Positions 38,001 through 47,600 of a stretch of 62,386 nucleotides of DNA are shown here, in pieces; positions within the stretch are counted from its first letter, which is position 1; every line of letters starts with the position of its first letter. The notes under the pieces were generated by a model. The model was given only the letters and a program-made list of their open reading frames with translations. It did not search any database and was not told the DNA's origin. Made by a program: the position numbers and the translations under genes. Source of the DNA: Phoronis australis (taxonomy: Eukaryota; Animalia; Phoronida); contig NMRA01000276.1 of the NCBI GenBank assembly GCA_002633005.1, positions 227,577-289,962 of the forward strand, written 5' to 3'.

Positions 38001-41000
38001 CCCATTTCGGACTTGAGGTTGCCAAATTTTTAGTATCATGGCCAGCCGATAGGTGTCGCTTGCGAAGTGCCCATTGTGATGCTTACCCTGCCGCCCTGGC
38101 AGTGGACCAGGACTAGTAGGTCACCATCACTAGTTAGTGTTAAAAACACAGACTAAGGGTTTTATGATATATGACAATATAAAGACGAATTCGTCTGCGA
38201 ATAAAAAAGAATATGTTGTTTCCAGACAACTAGGAAGGTAAAAATAAATTATTGGGGGCACACATTATTTGCCTTCGACTCGTTACCATTTTCCCCCTGG
38301 AACTATTCTCTCCTTGTTGCAACTGTTTTGTGCCCCGAGGGTCACCACTATCCCCAATTCGCCCCAATAGCCAAGTATACTTTTCGCCCTGTAGTCATTA
38401 TTTGTCTAGCTCTCCTCCCATTGCCACTATTCCCCCGACATCTTTTAATTTTGTCTCCAGGCACCCCATTAGAAGCAGGATTTGGTACAATCCTGCGCCT
38501 TAAACTGGGTGCAGCAAATTCTTTCACTGCTATTGCCACGAAAAGCAGACGAGAAACCATAGATGCTCAAATCTACTTTGCTGAAGTTCACGATCTCTAG
38601 AGAGTAGTTCCCTCGTTTGTGTAGGAGGCACTGTTCAAGCATGTTTAACTTATTTTTCAAGCTCCTGTGGATTAACTAGATGAACAGATGGCAACAAAAG
38701 TTGACTGGTGCTGAGCACTTTTCGTGGGTTGTTTTTTGTTGCTGTTCTGTTAGTGAGTGTTAGTTGACCCGTTTTGCAAGTGTGGGAACAGCATTGTCGT
38801 AAACTGAAGTCGTGTTTGGCGAGTTCAGCAACAAAAAACTGAAGTCGTGTTTGCCAACAGCAATTTCAGCTCGCAAAATGCAAGCTGGTACTCACCAAAT
38901 CAGAGCCTGAAACAGTAGAGTGCCTGTTGCATAAAAGTGCATACTGTGGATTATGTTAGATAGTAGAGTGCCTACTATAATAATAAACCATAGTGTGCAT
39001 AGTGTACAGAAGTGCTTACTATGAATTATATTAGTTAGTAGAGAGTCTAGTGTATAGAAGTGCATACTATGGATTACATTAGACACTGGAGAGTCCAATA
39101 TATAAAAGTGCAGTAATAGTGCCTATATAAGACATAATCGGGCAATTACATGTATCTGTATCCAGTGGCTCACTACAGACATCACCATCACCTTCTTCAC
39201 TGCCAATAACGTCTAGACTGCAGTGTGCATCAACATTCATTCTTTTCTGTGAAGTCTCTGTGTGCTCCTTACCAGTGTCACTCAACAATTTGATTTCACC
39301 AGACTGAACATATAGCTCTTTCATTTCGACGTCACTTGAAAACATATCAGACTTAAAAGAATTACGACTGCTTTCCCTCAGGGTTGACTGACTTTGAGCT
39401 GTCAAGTCATTCAAGCTGCATATATTTGAGGACAGATCACATGTCCCAACTCTTTCCTCAGACTGATCGTCTTCATAAGATACACTTGTTTCTTCTGCGT
39501 GTCCTTGACATACACTTGTGCTCTCACTATATACCCAGTTGTTCTTTGCACTACATTCATCCATACCCGATAGCTCAGCTTGACCCTGACCATCAACTGA
39601 CCTAATCACTGACATATCATGCTTTGGTGTTTTAGGTACAGTCAAAACACTGTCTCTTTGGCAATGCAGTTGTAAGACAGGAGGTTTTCTGACTGAGCAG
39701 GGGATCCCTGAGTTATCAGTACTTACAGGTGGACAGAGTATCACATTGTCATTATTGTTATTATTATTATTAATATTACTGGCTTGGTGCTCTGCAGCCC
39801 CTTTTACCACAGCCACGGGTGTAGAGGTACAACTACCCAGTCTAGTTGTGGAACTAACACACATTTTAAACTGTTCTCGGCTAGGCACTGATGTTATGTT
39901 TGACACCGATGTCTCTGCATTGGTCACAGACTTGTTAGACCAAGCCGGATGGTGAGCTGCATAATGTTCTTCAAATGATGGGACTTTCTTTTCATGTGAC
40001 GAGTGTGCAACAGTTGAACAAGCGCTGTGATGAACAACAGACACAGGTGATCGCACACAGCTGGTAATAGTGCACTGAGCAGGTGAGACACTGCACACCT
40101 GTGAGCTGAGAGGTAGACTGGCCACACTTGAACACAGACTACTGAAGGGTGCATTCAACATAAAAGACCTTTGCGATGAGGAAGTTGGCCGAGAAGTAGT
40201 CAAAACTTTAAGTTCACACACAAGGTCATCAAGTTTTATCCACCTTGAACCAATCTCTTCGTGATGTGGCCCACATTCTGAAAATACATCCAGGAAACTA
40301 TTAAACTATTACCAATGACGGTGGTTATGCAGACACTATAGGTAAGGTCCATTTCTCAAAACATTTAGTTTCCATTAAATCTACCAATTACACCAGCTGC
40401 TCCTTTCGTAACATACAGCAACATTAGAGTTGAAGTGGAACCAAACACTATCTTCATCTACAATCCCCTAAACCCATTATCAGACCAGATAACATCAAAC
40501 CCATGGCACAAATTCCATACACTACGCCCCTATACTCCATACCCCCCCTCCATACTCCATATCCAGTAACCTCAATACCTTAGGAGCAGCTTCTTCACCC
40601 GTACCCACCTAGTAGTTGTGAAAACAGGTAAAAACCATCCAGCATCTCCTTTAGTGCTTTTCCACCAATCTTTGTGGGATACTCTCTTCCTCTCTTCAAC
40701 ATCAAATTGTACTCCTGAAGATGGATGCATTCCTTGAGAAACATAGTGTACGTCTTGCTACACTCTTCTTCCTTTAAGTAGCCTGATAAAAGAACACCTC
40801 TTTGTAATCTAACCTTTAATTATAATTTCCATCCTTAGTTTTAAGTGCTTTAAGTGTTGATCCATTTATAACATGGCCCTTACTTGTCATTCTGTTGTAG
40901 TCCACATTCATCTGAACACACACAATACCTGAACCTCAACACCATTCAATTGGAGGGCACACCTTGCTAGACCGCGAAGGGCAAGCACTCTAACGACTAC

Positions 41001-44000
41001 CAAAGCATTTGTCTCCTTGTACGACAGGCTTTAAAAAATATATACTTTTGAATTTAGAGCTTGTATCTTGGGGCAACGTTGGTGGTCTAACTATGGTGTA
41101 GGTTGGTGTCCAAGTTACACAAGAGATGACACAATGAGAATGCCCGAGTAGTTTACTTTTTGATCAATAATACCAAATATGCTAAACAACATTCAAGGAA
41201 ATGAATAATAAATTGGATTCTGTCAGAATCTCCCTTTCAGTGTTTTGTCCTAAGTAAGCAAATTTTTGGTCAGGAGACCTTAGCCATAGGAAGACATGGC
41301 CCTAAATGGGCGATTTAATAACGTATGACCAAGTAAATTGAATCACTTATATTAAGATGGCTATAAACCCATCTTCCAACAGAAAAATCAACTTTTGATT
41401 TAGACCACTTCCACTTACAAAATTGGTCTTAAATTGTTTTTCAGTCAAAGCAGATGTGATTTCTCAGCTTCGAAGTACAATATTTTGCTTGAGAAAAGAC
41501 TCTGCAAGTTGATTTGTAACAGCAGGTCACTTTATTCAGTATGCATTGCATGGTCTCAACACACTGTCAGTTCTTTGCAAAGCCAAATAATGAACATTTC
41601 CCATCTGAGTAAGGACCAAGTTGAAATCAGTTTTATAGTGATAAATATAGTATAAATAAAAAGTTAGATAAAACAGCAAAAGTTTATCAACATGTAAGTC
41701 TGAACTTGCTGGGCTTTCTGTTTATCAGTATTTTTTCACTAAAAAGCAATTGCCTGCTCCATCTATAACTATTGGTTGGCAAAACACGTGTAGGATGGTG
41801 ACCAACACTATCCAAAGGGCCGAAGGTTGGTGGACCAACTATGGTGCCACTGCCATTTTAATTACTTCATAGATATCCAACTATAACATCTTTTGGAAGA
41901 TGAAGACAGCTTTGCCTTAGCAAAATGTGCTCAGAAATTTTGATTTTCTGGTAATCAAATACTAAAAAGTTATATAATGAAGTGCAAACAATTATGATGA
42001 TTTGTTGTGAAACGTACACCTTGTGGTAGAAGCAGCTGACTGAAGAATAAGCGAAAAAAGAAATTGGCCAACAAATAATGTTCTAGCCTAGTGCTGATGC
42101 TTAAGATGAAAACTGGTGGGCGGTGATCTATAACTGCTCTAGCCAGCCACCAAGCAGTATGAGGACTATCCTCAAATTACAGCTAGGTACCACTGGGTGT
42201 TGAGCTCCGACAGACCTCGAAATTGCACACAGCCCGGGTAGTTCTGCTCATCACCTTGCTGTGAAACTTACATCAATATGACCGATACAGGTGCATGCAA
42301 AATCTGGGAGTCAGCCGACACTCACCTTGACCATTACAGCTGATTAAGAGAAAAACAAACAAACATCATTTTCTTGCGTAATTCTCCGCTTTTTGTAACA
42401 AAGAAAAGTATGTCGTTGTTTTGAAAACAGTACGCTCGTGACACGTACCATTTTCTAAATTTTTGTGACATCTCTCTAGAAATGATGACAGTTTCGCAAC
42501 AACAAAAGTTGTTCTGAAATTTGGTTTGCTGGTATTAAAATACTAAAAACTTGTACTAAATGTAATCAGTTCAAAAATTTATTGTGACATGCACACCACC
42601 TCGTGGAAGAACAGTCGATTGAAGAATCCGTGAAAAAAAAAACTGGCCAATAGGTGACGCAATATTTCATGGCGCCAAAAGCAGACACAAGATTGTTTCG
42701 TAACTTTAAAGGCAGAATAACGGTAGAACGCCAATTTTTCCAAAACCAGCAAATATAGTTTACTTAGAGAAGATTGCAGTTTTTAGTGACACTAATTTTT
42801 TGTCAGATTTTATTATTTTTTTACCCACACTAGCGCAAAGCTGTATCGTCCGGTTACCTATTTTCGTCAGGCTCCAAAGTTCGTCCGCCATCTTGTTTCG
42901 CGTGCAGCGCAACCACGCGGGACTTAGCGTTCCAATTTGGAGTGCTCGTCTTCACGTTAGGTACTAACCTCTCGGGAGAAACACGTATCAAAGTAATGAG
43001 ACAAAAATCGGTGAGTTTACCGATTGTTTTTTAAAACCACTTAAAAATCAGTAGATTTTACTAATACACTTTTTTGTGCGTTTTCAGAAGATGTTTTCGA
43101 ATTTAAATTTTCTTCCGACGGGACACAAAACATGATCCAGGGTTTGTTTATGCAATGTATNTCTCCTGGGTTGAAAACCAAATAGCACTCATTTTTACCG
43201 GCATCCATTTTGGTCTGAAAAATCGGTCACGTCCCTGCAAAAAACTCGTGCAAAGTATTATTAAACGAATTTTGCGACAAAAAAAGATTATCAGATAAGT
43301 AAAACAATATATTTTTTCATGGTTTGCAATAATTTTTATTCACATTTATTACATTTTTGAGTTATTTTTTGCCGATTGTAGTGAGCGAATTTAACACGGT
43401 GACAGATACGCGAAGCGATTCGCTGAAGAATGCTGTCCTCGCTAAATTAAAGAAAACTTCCGAATCGATGAATGCGGTATATCTGTGAGAGTTAAATCGA
43501 ATCCTATTCAGATCATAACTTTGAAGTGGAATAATTCAGTGAGTACAACAGCAAGTCGGTTTTATGCTTAGGCGGACGAACATTGGGTTCCCCAGTATAT
43601 GTGTAGTGTACAGCTTTGCACCAAGGTTGCCAAGGTTTGCTCTAGTTTTTTCATCAGAATAGAACGGTATGATGGCATATTTAGCATGCAGACCTTCTAC
43701 TGACAAAAATCAACGAGAACTAAAAATAAAAAATCGGGCCACTAAGTTCAGGCCTATGAATTGTGCATCCGCGCAGAATTCCTGGCTGTGGACTTTGTCA
43801 GTTTGTGTCGTTTACTCGGACTTTTTGTTTCGCTGAGGCGGACCTTTTTGTCCCCCCCCCCCGAGCCCCCCCATGGGTGCGCCCATGTTTAGTTTACTCT
43901 AGGAAAACCAAAGTTTTACGGACAGTCACGATGACACTTTCGACAATACACTGGTCACCCGTCTGTGCTGCCCCCTCTCGGCGTGGCTAATTTCACAGAT

Positions 44001-44141
44001 TTTGGCACTAACCTGGGACTTGTTCCACAGGCAAAACTGTACATTATACACTTCTTTACTAAGGCTAACACTAGCGAGGCAAACAAATAGGTTATAACCT
44101 AGAACTAGTCTTGCTACTTCTGATGGTAAGTATCCAGGCAT
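1931..44141 (-). CDS. NPAT: NPAT/Mxc-like histone locus body scaffold protein, 14 coding exons, ~1464 aa: join(44099-44141,40609-40782,39150-40277,37555-37769,28672-28806,27759-27912,23525-23791,22060-22125,20465-20557,19221-19322,8983-9555,6562-6669,3006-4255,1931-2017)
   Basis: N-terminal LisH-type start MPGYLPSEVARLVLGYLKEEEC (human MLLPSDVARLVLGYLQQE, recalled). Internal motifs LAEKIAENINK and IQDIIDMTRNDPAFDALFNLF. HVRSLTF motif and C-terminal MDIDKFL. All junctions GT-AG and phase-compatible, total 4395 nt. Several S/T-P-x-K CDK sites. Small middle exons are less certain. Confidence 0.9.
3006..4255 (-). CDS. NPAT: NPAT exon 13 (HVRSLTF, SPTK, basic C-terminal patch)
   Basis: Inside the 491-aa ORF; acceptor cacttcAG, donor AAG|GTAAAT. 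Confidence 0.85.
4277..4402. repeat. 63-bp perfect tandem duplication just upstream of the NPAT exon 13 acceptor
   Basis: Two identical units visible. Confidence 0.9.
6038..6235. repeat. 32-bp minisatellite, ~6 units, inside an old HINE copy
   Basis: GTCCACCCGCCAGGACACCTACTGGCACTGAC. Confidence 0.9.
6562..6669 (-). CDS. NPAT: NPAT exon 12 (basic, SPPK)
   Basis: ttttacAG / GTTTGT; 108 nt; phase 1-1. Confidence 0.7.
7700..8780 (-). mobile_element. Non-autonomous Helentron/HINE (DINE-1/Pearl-like) element, full copy
   Basis: On the minus strand: T-run, 5' stem-loop ATGCGCCCACATAT..ATATGTGGACGCAT, (CCGT)n microsatellite, ~150-bp core repeats, 3' hairpin then CTCTTGT; no TSD. Confidence 0.8.
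8983..9555 (-). CDS. NPAT: NPAT exon 11 (AKKRKKPRK NLS-like, then Thr/Ser-rich)
   Basis: ttcattgcAG / GTTTGT; 573 nt; in frame with ORF 8975-9472. Confidence 0.8.
9929..10136. repeat. 26-bp minisatellite, 8 units
   Basis: CTCTACACAGTGAATACCTGCCTCAA. Confidence 0.95.
10695..10930. repeat. Degenerate ~32-bp tandem repeat
   Basis: GAGATAGCGATATGATGAGATATATCTATGCT variants. Confidence 0.7.
10932..11130. mobile_element. One end of a TACCGTA-type mariner/pogo MITE
   Basis: TA|CCGTA start with repeated TTAAGCGCCC subterminal motifs; partner end not found. Confidence 0.5.
11880..13060 (-). mobile_element. HINE-like element, young copy nested in an older copy (~11745-13751)
   Basis: Nearly identical to 7700-8780; inserted in an A/T run, with the host copy continuing on both sides. 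Confidence 0.8.
14194..14288 (-). other. tRNA-like Pol III cassette (SINE head or tRNA pseudogene)
   Basis: Minus strand: A box TGGTCTAGTGG, B-box-like GGTACGATACC, then TTTTT; no convincing cloverleaf. Confidence 0.45.
15941..16264. repeat. 53-bp minisatellite, 6 units
   Basis: CCTATTGTCGCCTATACCAATACGGGGACACACACTCGACAGCCGCCCGTAGG. Confidence 0.95.
17664..17803. mobile_element. Short MITE
   Basis: 21-bp perfect inverted repeat CGTTCAGTAACGCTAGGACCT. Confidence 0.65.
19221..19322 (-). CDS. NPAT: NPAT exon 10; alternative donor would end it at 19182
   Basis: ccttgcAG acceptor; two in-frame CAAG|GTAAG donors 39 nt apart. Confidence 0.65.
19728..20185. repeat. 20-bp minisatellite, ~22 units
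   Basis: CAATAAGGCAGAGTAGCGCT. Confidence 0.95.
20465..20557 (-). CDS. NPAT: NPAT exon 9 (TSPAKKILPK); may start at 20569
   Basis: AG/GT bounded, phase 1-1; alternative in-frame tttcAG acceptor 12 nt upstream. Confidence 0.65.
20541..20705. repeat. 40-bp minisatellite, 4 units, containing the NPAT exon 9 acceptor
   Basis: GCACCTGTTATGATAGCTGAAACATATAATTGGAGTATGA. Confidence 0.9.
21758..22020. repeat. 52-bp minisatellite, 5 units
   Basis: GAATATTGCCAGCCTTATAGCTATTAACAGTCAGTTTTGTTATTAAATAACA. Confidence 0.92.
22060..22125 (-). CDS. NPAT: NPAT exon 8 (putative, 66 nt)
   Basis: Strong acceptor cttttttccAG, donor GTAATC, open in phase 1; no homology support. Confidence 0.55.
22276..22385. repeat. 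35-bp tandem repeat, 3 units
   Basis: AACTTTCTTGTTGAGAAGTACATTATCTAATAGTT. Confidence 0.9.
23418..23493. repeat. Small hairpin or mini-MITE
   Basis: AGCTATAGTCGGTGGGCC ... GGCCCACCGACTACTATAGCT inverted pair. Confidence 0.6.
23525..23791 (-). CDS. NPAT: NPAT exon 7
   Basis: ttttacAG / GTAGGT; 267 nt; phase 1-1; matches ORF 23517-23780. Confidence 0.75.
23799..25357 (-). mobile_element. HINE-like element abutting the NPAT exon 7 acceptor
   Basis: Same termini (ACAAGAGCAAC..GCGTTG and ATGTGGGCGCATAAAAA) and core repeats. Confidence 0.8.
24527..24771. mobile_element. Terminal fragment of the same hAT-like family, nested in a HINE copy
   Basis: Aligns by eye with 30510-30688 (CCGAAACATAAAGAGCA...GCGGAAATCC...AATTCCAAGCCCTG). 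Confidence 0.65.
25385..25480 (-). mobile_element. Diverged relic of the 34053-35733 family terminus
   Basis: CAAAATCCCAG..CATTTTCAAAATCCAGCTC is the reverse complement of ~35640-35690. Confidence 0.55.
26613..26687 (-). mobile_element. Isolated HINE 3' end
   Basis: ACAAGAGCAACGCAGAGCGTTGAAATGCGCCCACAATTGCACCG nearly identical to 11880 onward. Confidence 0.8.
26689..26774. repeat. 21-bp tandem repeat, 4 units
   Basis: CCATCAAAAGGCCCATCCTTC. Confidence 0.9.
26829..27008 (-). pseudogene. NOP2: Isolated NOP2/NSUN1 (rRNA m5C methyltransferase) exon in NPAT intron 6
   Basis: KLAEEELQTNIAQTETYTLPSGQEIEKDSAQATDLQLIQQRIKDVVQVLGDFTNRRQQGR resembles the NOP2 segment before RSRxEY (recalled). Intact ttttcAG and GTCAGT; 180 nt; phase 2-2. 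No other NOP2 exons seen. Confidence 0.8.
27211..27355. repeat. 43-bp tandem repeat, 3+ units, starting at a single N
   Basis: CAGTGATAATGTATGCTAAGTGTAGAGGGGTCATTAGAACATA. Confidence 0.9.
27759..27912 (-). CDS. NPAT: NPAT exon 6 (IQDIIDMTRNDPAFDALFNLF)
   Basis: Conserved DPAFxALFxLF motif; ttacAG / GTAAGA. Confidence 0.9.
28123..28453. repeat. 33/37-bp minisatellite, ~9 units, with internal palindromes
   Basis: AAACAGAGAGACTTCATAAGCCCGGGCTAACTATAGT. Confidence 0.92.
28510..28668. repeat. 13-bp E-box minisatellite, 12 units
   Basis: TGACAAGGCCACG; 10 CACGTG and 2 CATGTG. Confidence 0.95.
28672..28806 (-). CDS. NPAT: NPAT exon 5 (PALEHLAEKIAENINKVV)
   Basis: Conserved EK[LI]AENINK motif; ctttcAG / GTATCA; phase 0-0. 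Confidence 0.9.
29088..30688. mobile_element. hAT-like TIR element splitting a ~29-bp minisatellite
   Basis: TIR CAGGGCCTGGAAT / ATTCCAAGCCTTG; 6-bp TSD GATGAT. The same minisatellite lies on both flanks (29033-29087, 30695-30862). Confidence 0.75.
34053..35733. mobile_element. Non-autonomous hAT-like DNA transposon inserted in the Copia RT
   Basis: TIR CAGGGCTCGAC...GTCGAGCCCTG; 5-bp TSD TCTAT; subterminal GCGA(C/G)CTG motifs. Removing it restores NEVY|GILACHVDDF. Interior mostly gap. Confidence 0.85.
34652..35608. other. Assembly gap (other gaps at 36310-37297 and 55220-55286)
   Basis: N runs. Confidence 1.
36187..36309. repeat. 27-bp tandem repeat running into a gap
   Basis: GTTAGAGACAGTCACGTTAGAATTGTA. 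Confidence 0.9.
37298..37430. repeat. ~40-bp tandem repeat at gap edge
   Basis: TAGCATCAATTTTCAAAAAACTCCGTTCAATATCTGAACA. Confidence 0.85.
37555..37769 (-). CDS. NPAT: NPAT exon 4 (SSPIK...TPGKRKTNPPKKR)
   Basis: Acceptor ctttcAG, donor GTATGT; CDK sites and basic patch; phase 1 to 0. Confidence 0.8.
39150..40277 (-). CDS. NPAT: NPAT exon 3, Ser-rich low complexity
   Basis: Acceptor ttttcAG, in frame with ORF 39079-40221; donor GTAATT inferred from phase. Confidence 0.8.
40609..40782 (-). CDS. NPAT: NPAT exon 2, LisH region (GYLKEEECSKTYTMFLKECIHLQEY...KALKEMLDGF)
   Basis: Acceptor tttatcAG, donor GTGGGT, 174 nt open frame continuing the LisH motif. Confidence 0.9.
44099..44141 (-). CDS. 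NPAT: NPAT exon 1 (MPGYLPSEVARLVL-G)
   Basis: ATG at 44141; donor GTTATA; phase 1. Confidence 0.9.
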
Positions 44142-44535
44142 TGTGCACTACTTAACACTTCTTTTATGAACGTTTCGTGCTCTGATGGCGCGGCTATCCG
44201 CAACATAAATGTCGTAAACAAGTATGACCTATATTACGACAACTATTTCTCAAAAACTGATCAAACATTAGTCATTATAGTTGTGTTGTAATTGCACCAC
44301 TAATGTTGAAAATTTGACCTTTATGTACGAGAAATAATTAGAAAGGGTAAAGTATATTAAGTATATTACACTGTACTTTCCTTTACATTTACCACAAATA
44401 TTTGCGACAATATACGTAAAGTAGTTGCTCTGCAAACTTCCGTCGACCTTCGTTTGAATGTTGTCTACTCTTAGGGTCTTGTTTTGATGAAATGATGGTT
44501 TATAAATTTTCTTAGTTGCTGCAATTTGTTTTAAA
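44142..44535. promoter_or_regulatory. Putative bidirectional promoter and 5'UTRs of NPAT and PEX7
   Basis: Only 394 bp between divergent ATGs; contains ATGGCGCGG (YY1/E2F-like, ~44184) and ACTTCCG (ETS-like, ~44436). Motif roles are inferred. Confidence 0.7.
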
Positions 44536-44644
44536 ATGAGCGCATGTTTTAGAACGAATGCAAGGCATGGTTATGGTGTAGAATTTTCTCCGTATTATCC
44601 TCAAAGACTCGCATGTGCTTCAGGACAGTATTTTGGGATTGCAG
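44536..44644 (+). CDS. PEX7: PEX7 exon 1
   Basis: [36 protein letters not shown]; donor GTCAGA. Confidence 0.95.
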
Positions 44645-47600
44645 GTCAGACATTGTCATTGTCATTGAATCATTCAGTGATTGATTAGACACTCGGGCAT
44701 AAGACTGAGTAGACTATTACGTCGTAAGTCTCACCCTAGGTATTTTGCTATGTGCTGATCACCCTCACGTGTATTTTACCGACCGAAAGTTAGTGCCAGA
44801 AGCTGCTGTTGTATTACTGCAGGTTGACTAGTTAGGCCTCTACACATAGTGTACCTAATTATCGGACGGAACCTAAATATCGGACATTTCAAAAAATCTT
44901 ACTTGAAGCATAATCTGAGAATTAAATGACAGCAATTGTTGTTCCGTTGTAATGCATTCAATGTCCGGCACCGTCTCGTTTTTTACAGCGTTGCCTCGTT
45001 TTGATTTCACCGAGAGAGGGTGCAATTTAGACCCCCAAGTCGGCCTAAAATGGACGATCGCATAAATCGGTTATAAAAGTTGAAAATAAAATCTTTTTCC
45101 ACAATGAAACTTTCTCATTGAACTGACAATATGTTACTGTTCCATTTTTTCATTTGTTTTTAAACTCAAGTCAAACCCCGACCGCGCACGTGCGGGTGTC
45201 ATATCAAGAAGCCAAAGTGATAATAAAAACTGCAGTGATTTTGCACGTGCTTTAGTCGTCTGCACTAATTCATCAAAATGACTTGGCGCCGTCATCAGAT
45301 TTCATTTTATGGATAATTTTGTTGCAAATGGACCNCCGCCAGCAGTTTAAATAAAACAAGCATCCGGGGAACCATAAAACTGACAAATCACAAGACACCA
45401 CAGAAAGATAAAGGACAAATGATGGTGACGATTACAACATTCTCCTCCACCCTAAAAAAGTGTGGGGCCCACCTGGGAATCAACATCATTCGCCAGATAC
45501 GAAAAACTTCCCAAAAATTTATCCATATCCCCCCTTACCGAAAATAAAGCCACTGCTAAATAGACCAAGAGTGTTAGAATGACAAGAACAGTTCCCCTAG
45601 AAGCAGAGAATAACGCACACAGGTTAAATATAGAAGTACCAAAAATAATAAAAAGAGTTCAGAGTGCCAGCACATCCCAAACACATGAAGTAACTCATAA
45701 AGAGAAAACCTAGCAGGATTCCAACCCACCCCCCAGGGCGGGAGAGCAGTCACCTAACGGAAAAAGTTCTCGCTAGGGAGACTCCCCGGACTTGTAGTTG
45801 CAAAAGGGTATAGGACACGTGCATTTCTAGTGGAGTTCTCAAAATAAACCCTGCACTACCATGATACACGCATGCCACCCTTAATTGTACTAGTACATTT
45901 TGACGTGCTTTGGGTGGAGGCCGGGCAGACATATTCCAACCCAAAGGGAATGCCTTGGACGCAGACCTAAAATGGATAGGTTCACAGAGAACTGTGACTG
46001 ACCCTCCACTAAACATAGGCCTCCTGGCAACTGGGACGGACATGAAAGTGCCGCACCCAGGTTAACCACGCACTAGGACTACGATAATAAATAGGGGCTC
46101 TAGTTGTAGGGAGAAGGTATTAGCTCAATGAAATGGTGTCCAATGACATACCCAAAACACTGCCTAAGCCTAAACTCCCCAACTACACGGACATAATAAA
46201 TAAATAAATATCAGGGATATGATAATAAATAAGGGACTTAGTTGTAAGGAGAAAGTACTAGGTCAATGGAATGGTGTTCAATTCAATGACACAACCAAAA
46301 CAATGTCTAAGCCTCAACTCACCAACTACAAGGATGTAATAAATAAATAAATACCAGGGATATGATAATAAATAAGGGACTTAGTTGTAGTGGGAAAGTA
46401 TTAGGTCAATGGAATGGTGTTCAATTCAATGACACAACCAAAACAATGCCTATAAGACTAAACTCACCAACTACTAAGGATGCAATAAATAAATAAATAC
46501 CCAAAACCCAAAGGATAAAAACCCAGTTAAACCACAAACAATCCCAAGAGACCACTTGGCCACCGTACCAGCAACCCGCTAGCACGATACCACTCCCCTA
46601 TCCAACCTTCCCCCTGGACCTACGGAAAATGCCCTGGTCAGGCAAAGGTTTTCAAGAAAAGTGGTTGAATACTCCTAGAAAAACCTAACCAGTGCCGACT
46701 ACGCCAATTGTTGTATTAGTGCAGGTTCACTAGTTAGGCCTCTAGAAGTACTCACCAGTTAAAACACAGCTACTCAAGCTTCAGTAAAACCCAATCCAGG
46801 TGCCCATCCCTGACATCCTGATTGTTTGCTGAAAGACTGCCAGCAGTTTAAATAAAACAAGCATCCGGGGAACCATAAAACTGACAAATCACAAGACACC
46901 ACAGAAAGATAAAGGACGAATGATGGTGACGATTACAACACTGCCAACAACTTTTGAGTGACAATATTATGAAAACCTGAGGTGAACATACTCAGACATG
47001 TCCTTCATTCAATAAACTTTGTACTTAGACGTTCTTGATCTTTTACACTTATAAGTTATATACTTACAGATAAGTTAGATTCAGTTGTATTCCCTGTAGC
47101 CAGAGCAATTTACTTGGCCAAAAAATCATCCATTGACAACCAGGTTTTCTTAACATAAGGTCGCAACTTTTTTGGTTAAAGGTGTCCTGTAATTTGTATT
47201 AAGACAAAAACTGAAAGGCACGGTAATTGCAGTTTTGGCAGTGTATTTATATTTGTTTGCAGATGTGTTTTATTTCATCGTGAAATAAAATCATGGTATA
47301 TCCGTTGTGCTTTCCCTGTACGCCTTTGGTGTGTACATGTGATGTATTGCCTTGCATAGCCATGGGCACATGTTAATCAAACCTGTATGATGGAAGATTT
47401 TGCGCAAATAACGCTTAATTCGGGCTTTTTTAGGATTCCTCATTTGACTTCTTTGTCACCATTCAAGATAATGTACAATTCACTACTACCGTATTCGCCC
47501 TAATACGCCCTATACGCGCCTCCCACGCGTTTTCAAATAAGCGCCCAGTCCATGAATGCCGTGTACATGCGAAAAATGCCTTACCTACAGTTCTAAAATT

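Noticed and set aside
42706-43760. Kolobok-like element starting TTAA|AGGC
   Set aside because: No matching right terminus or TTAA duplication found
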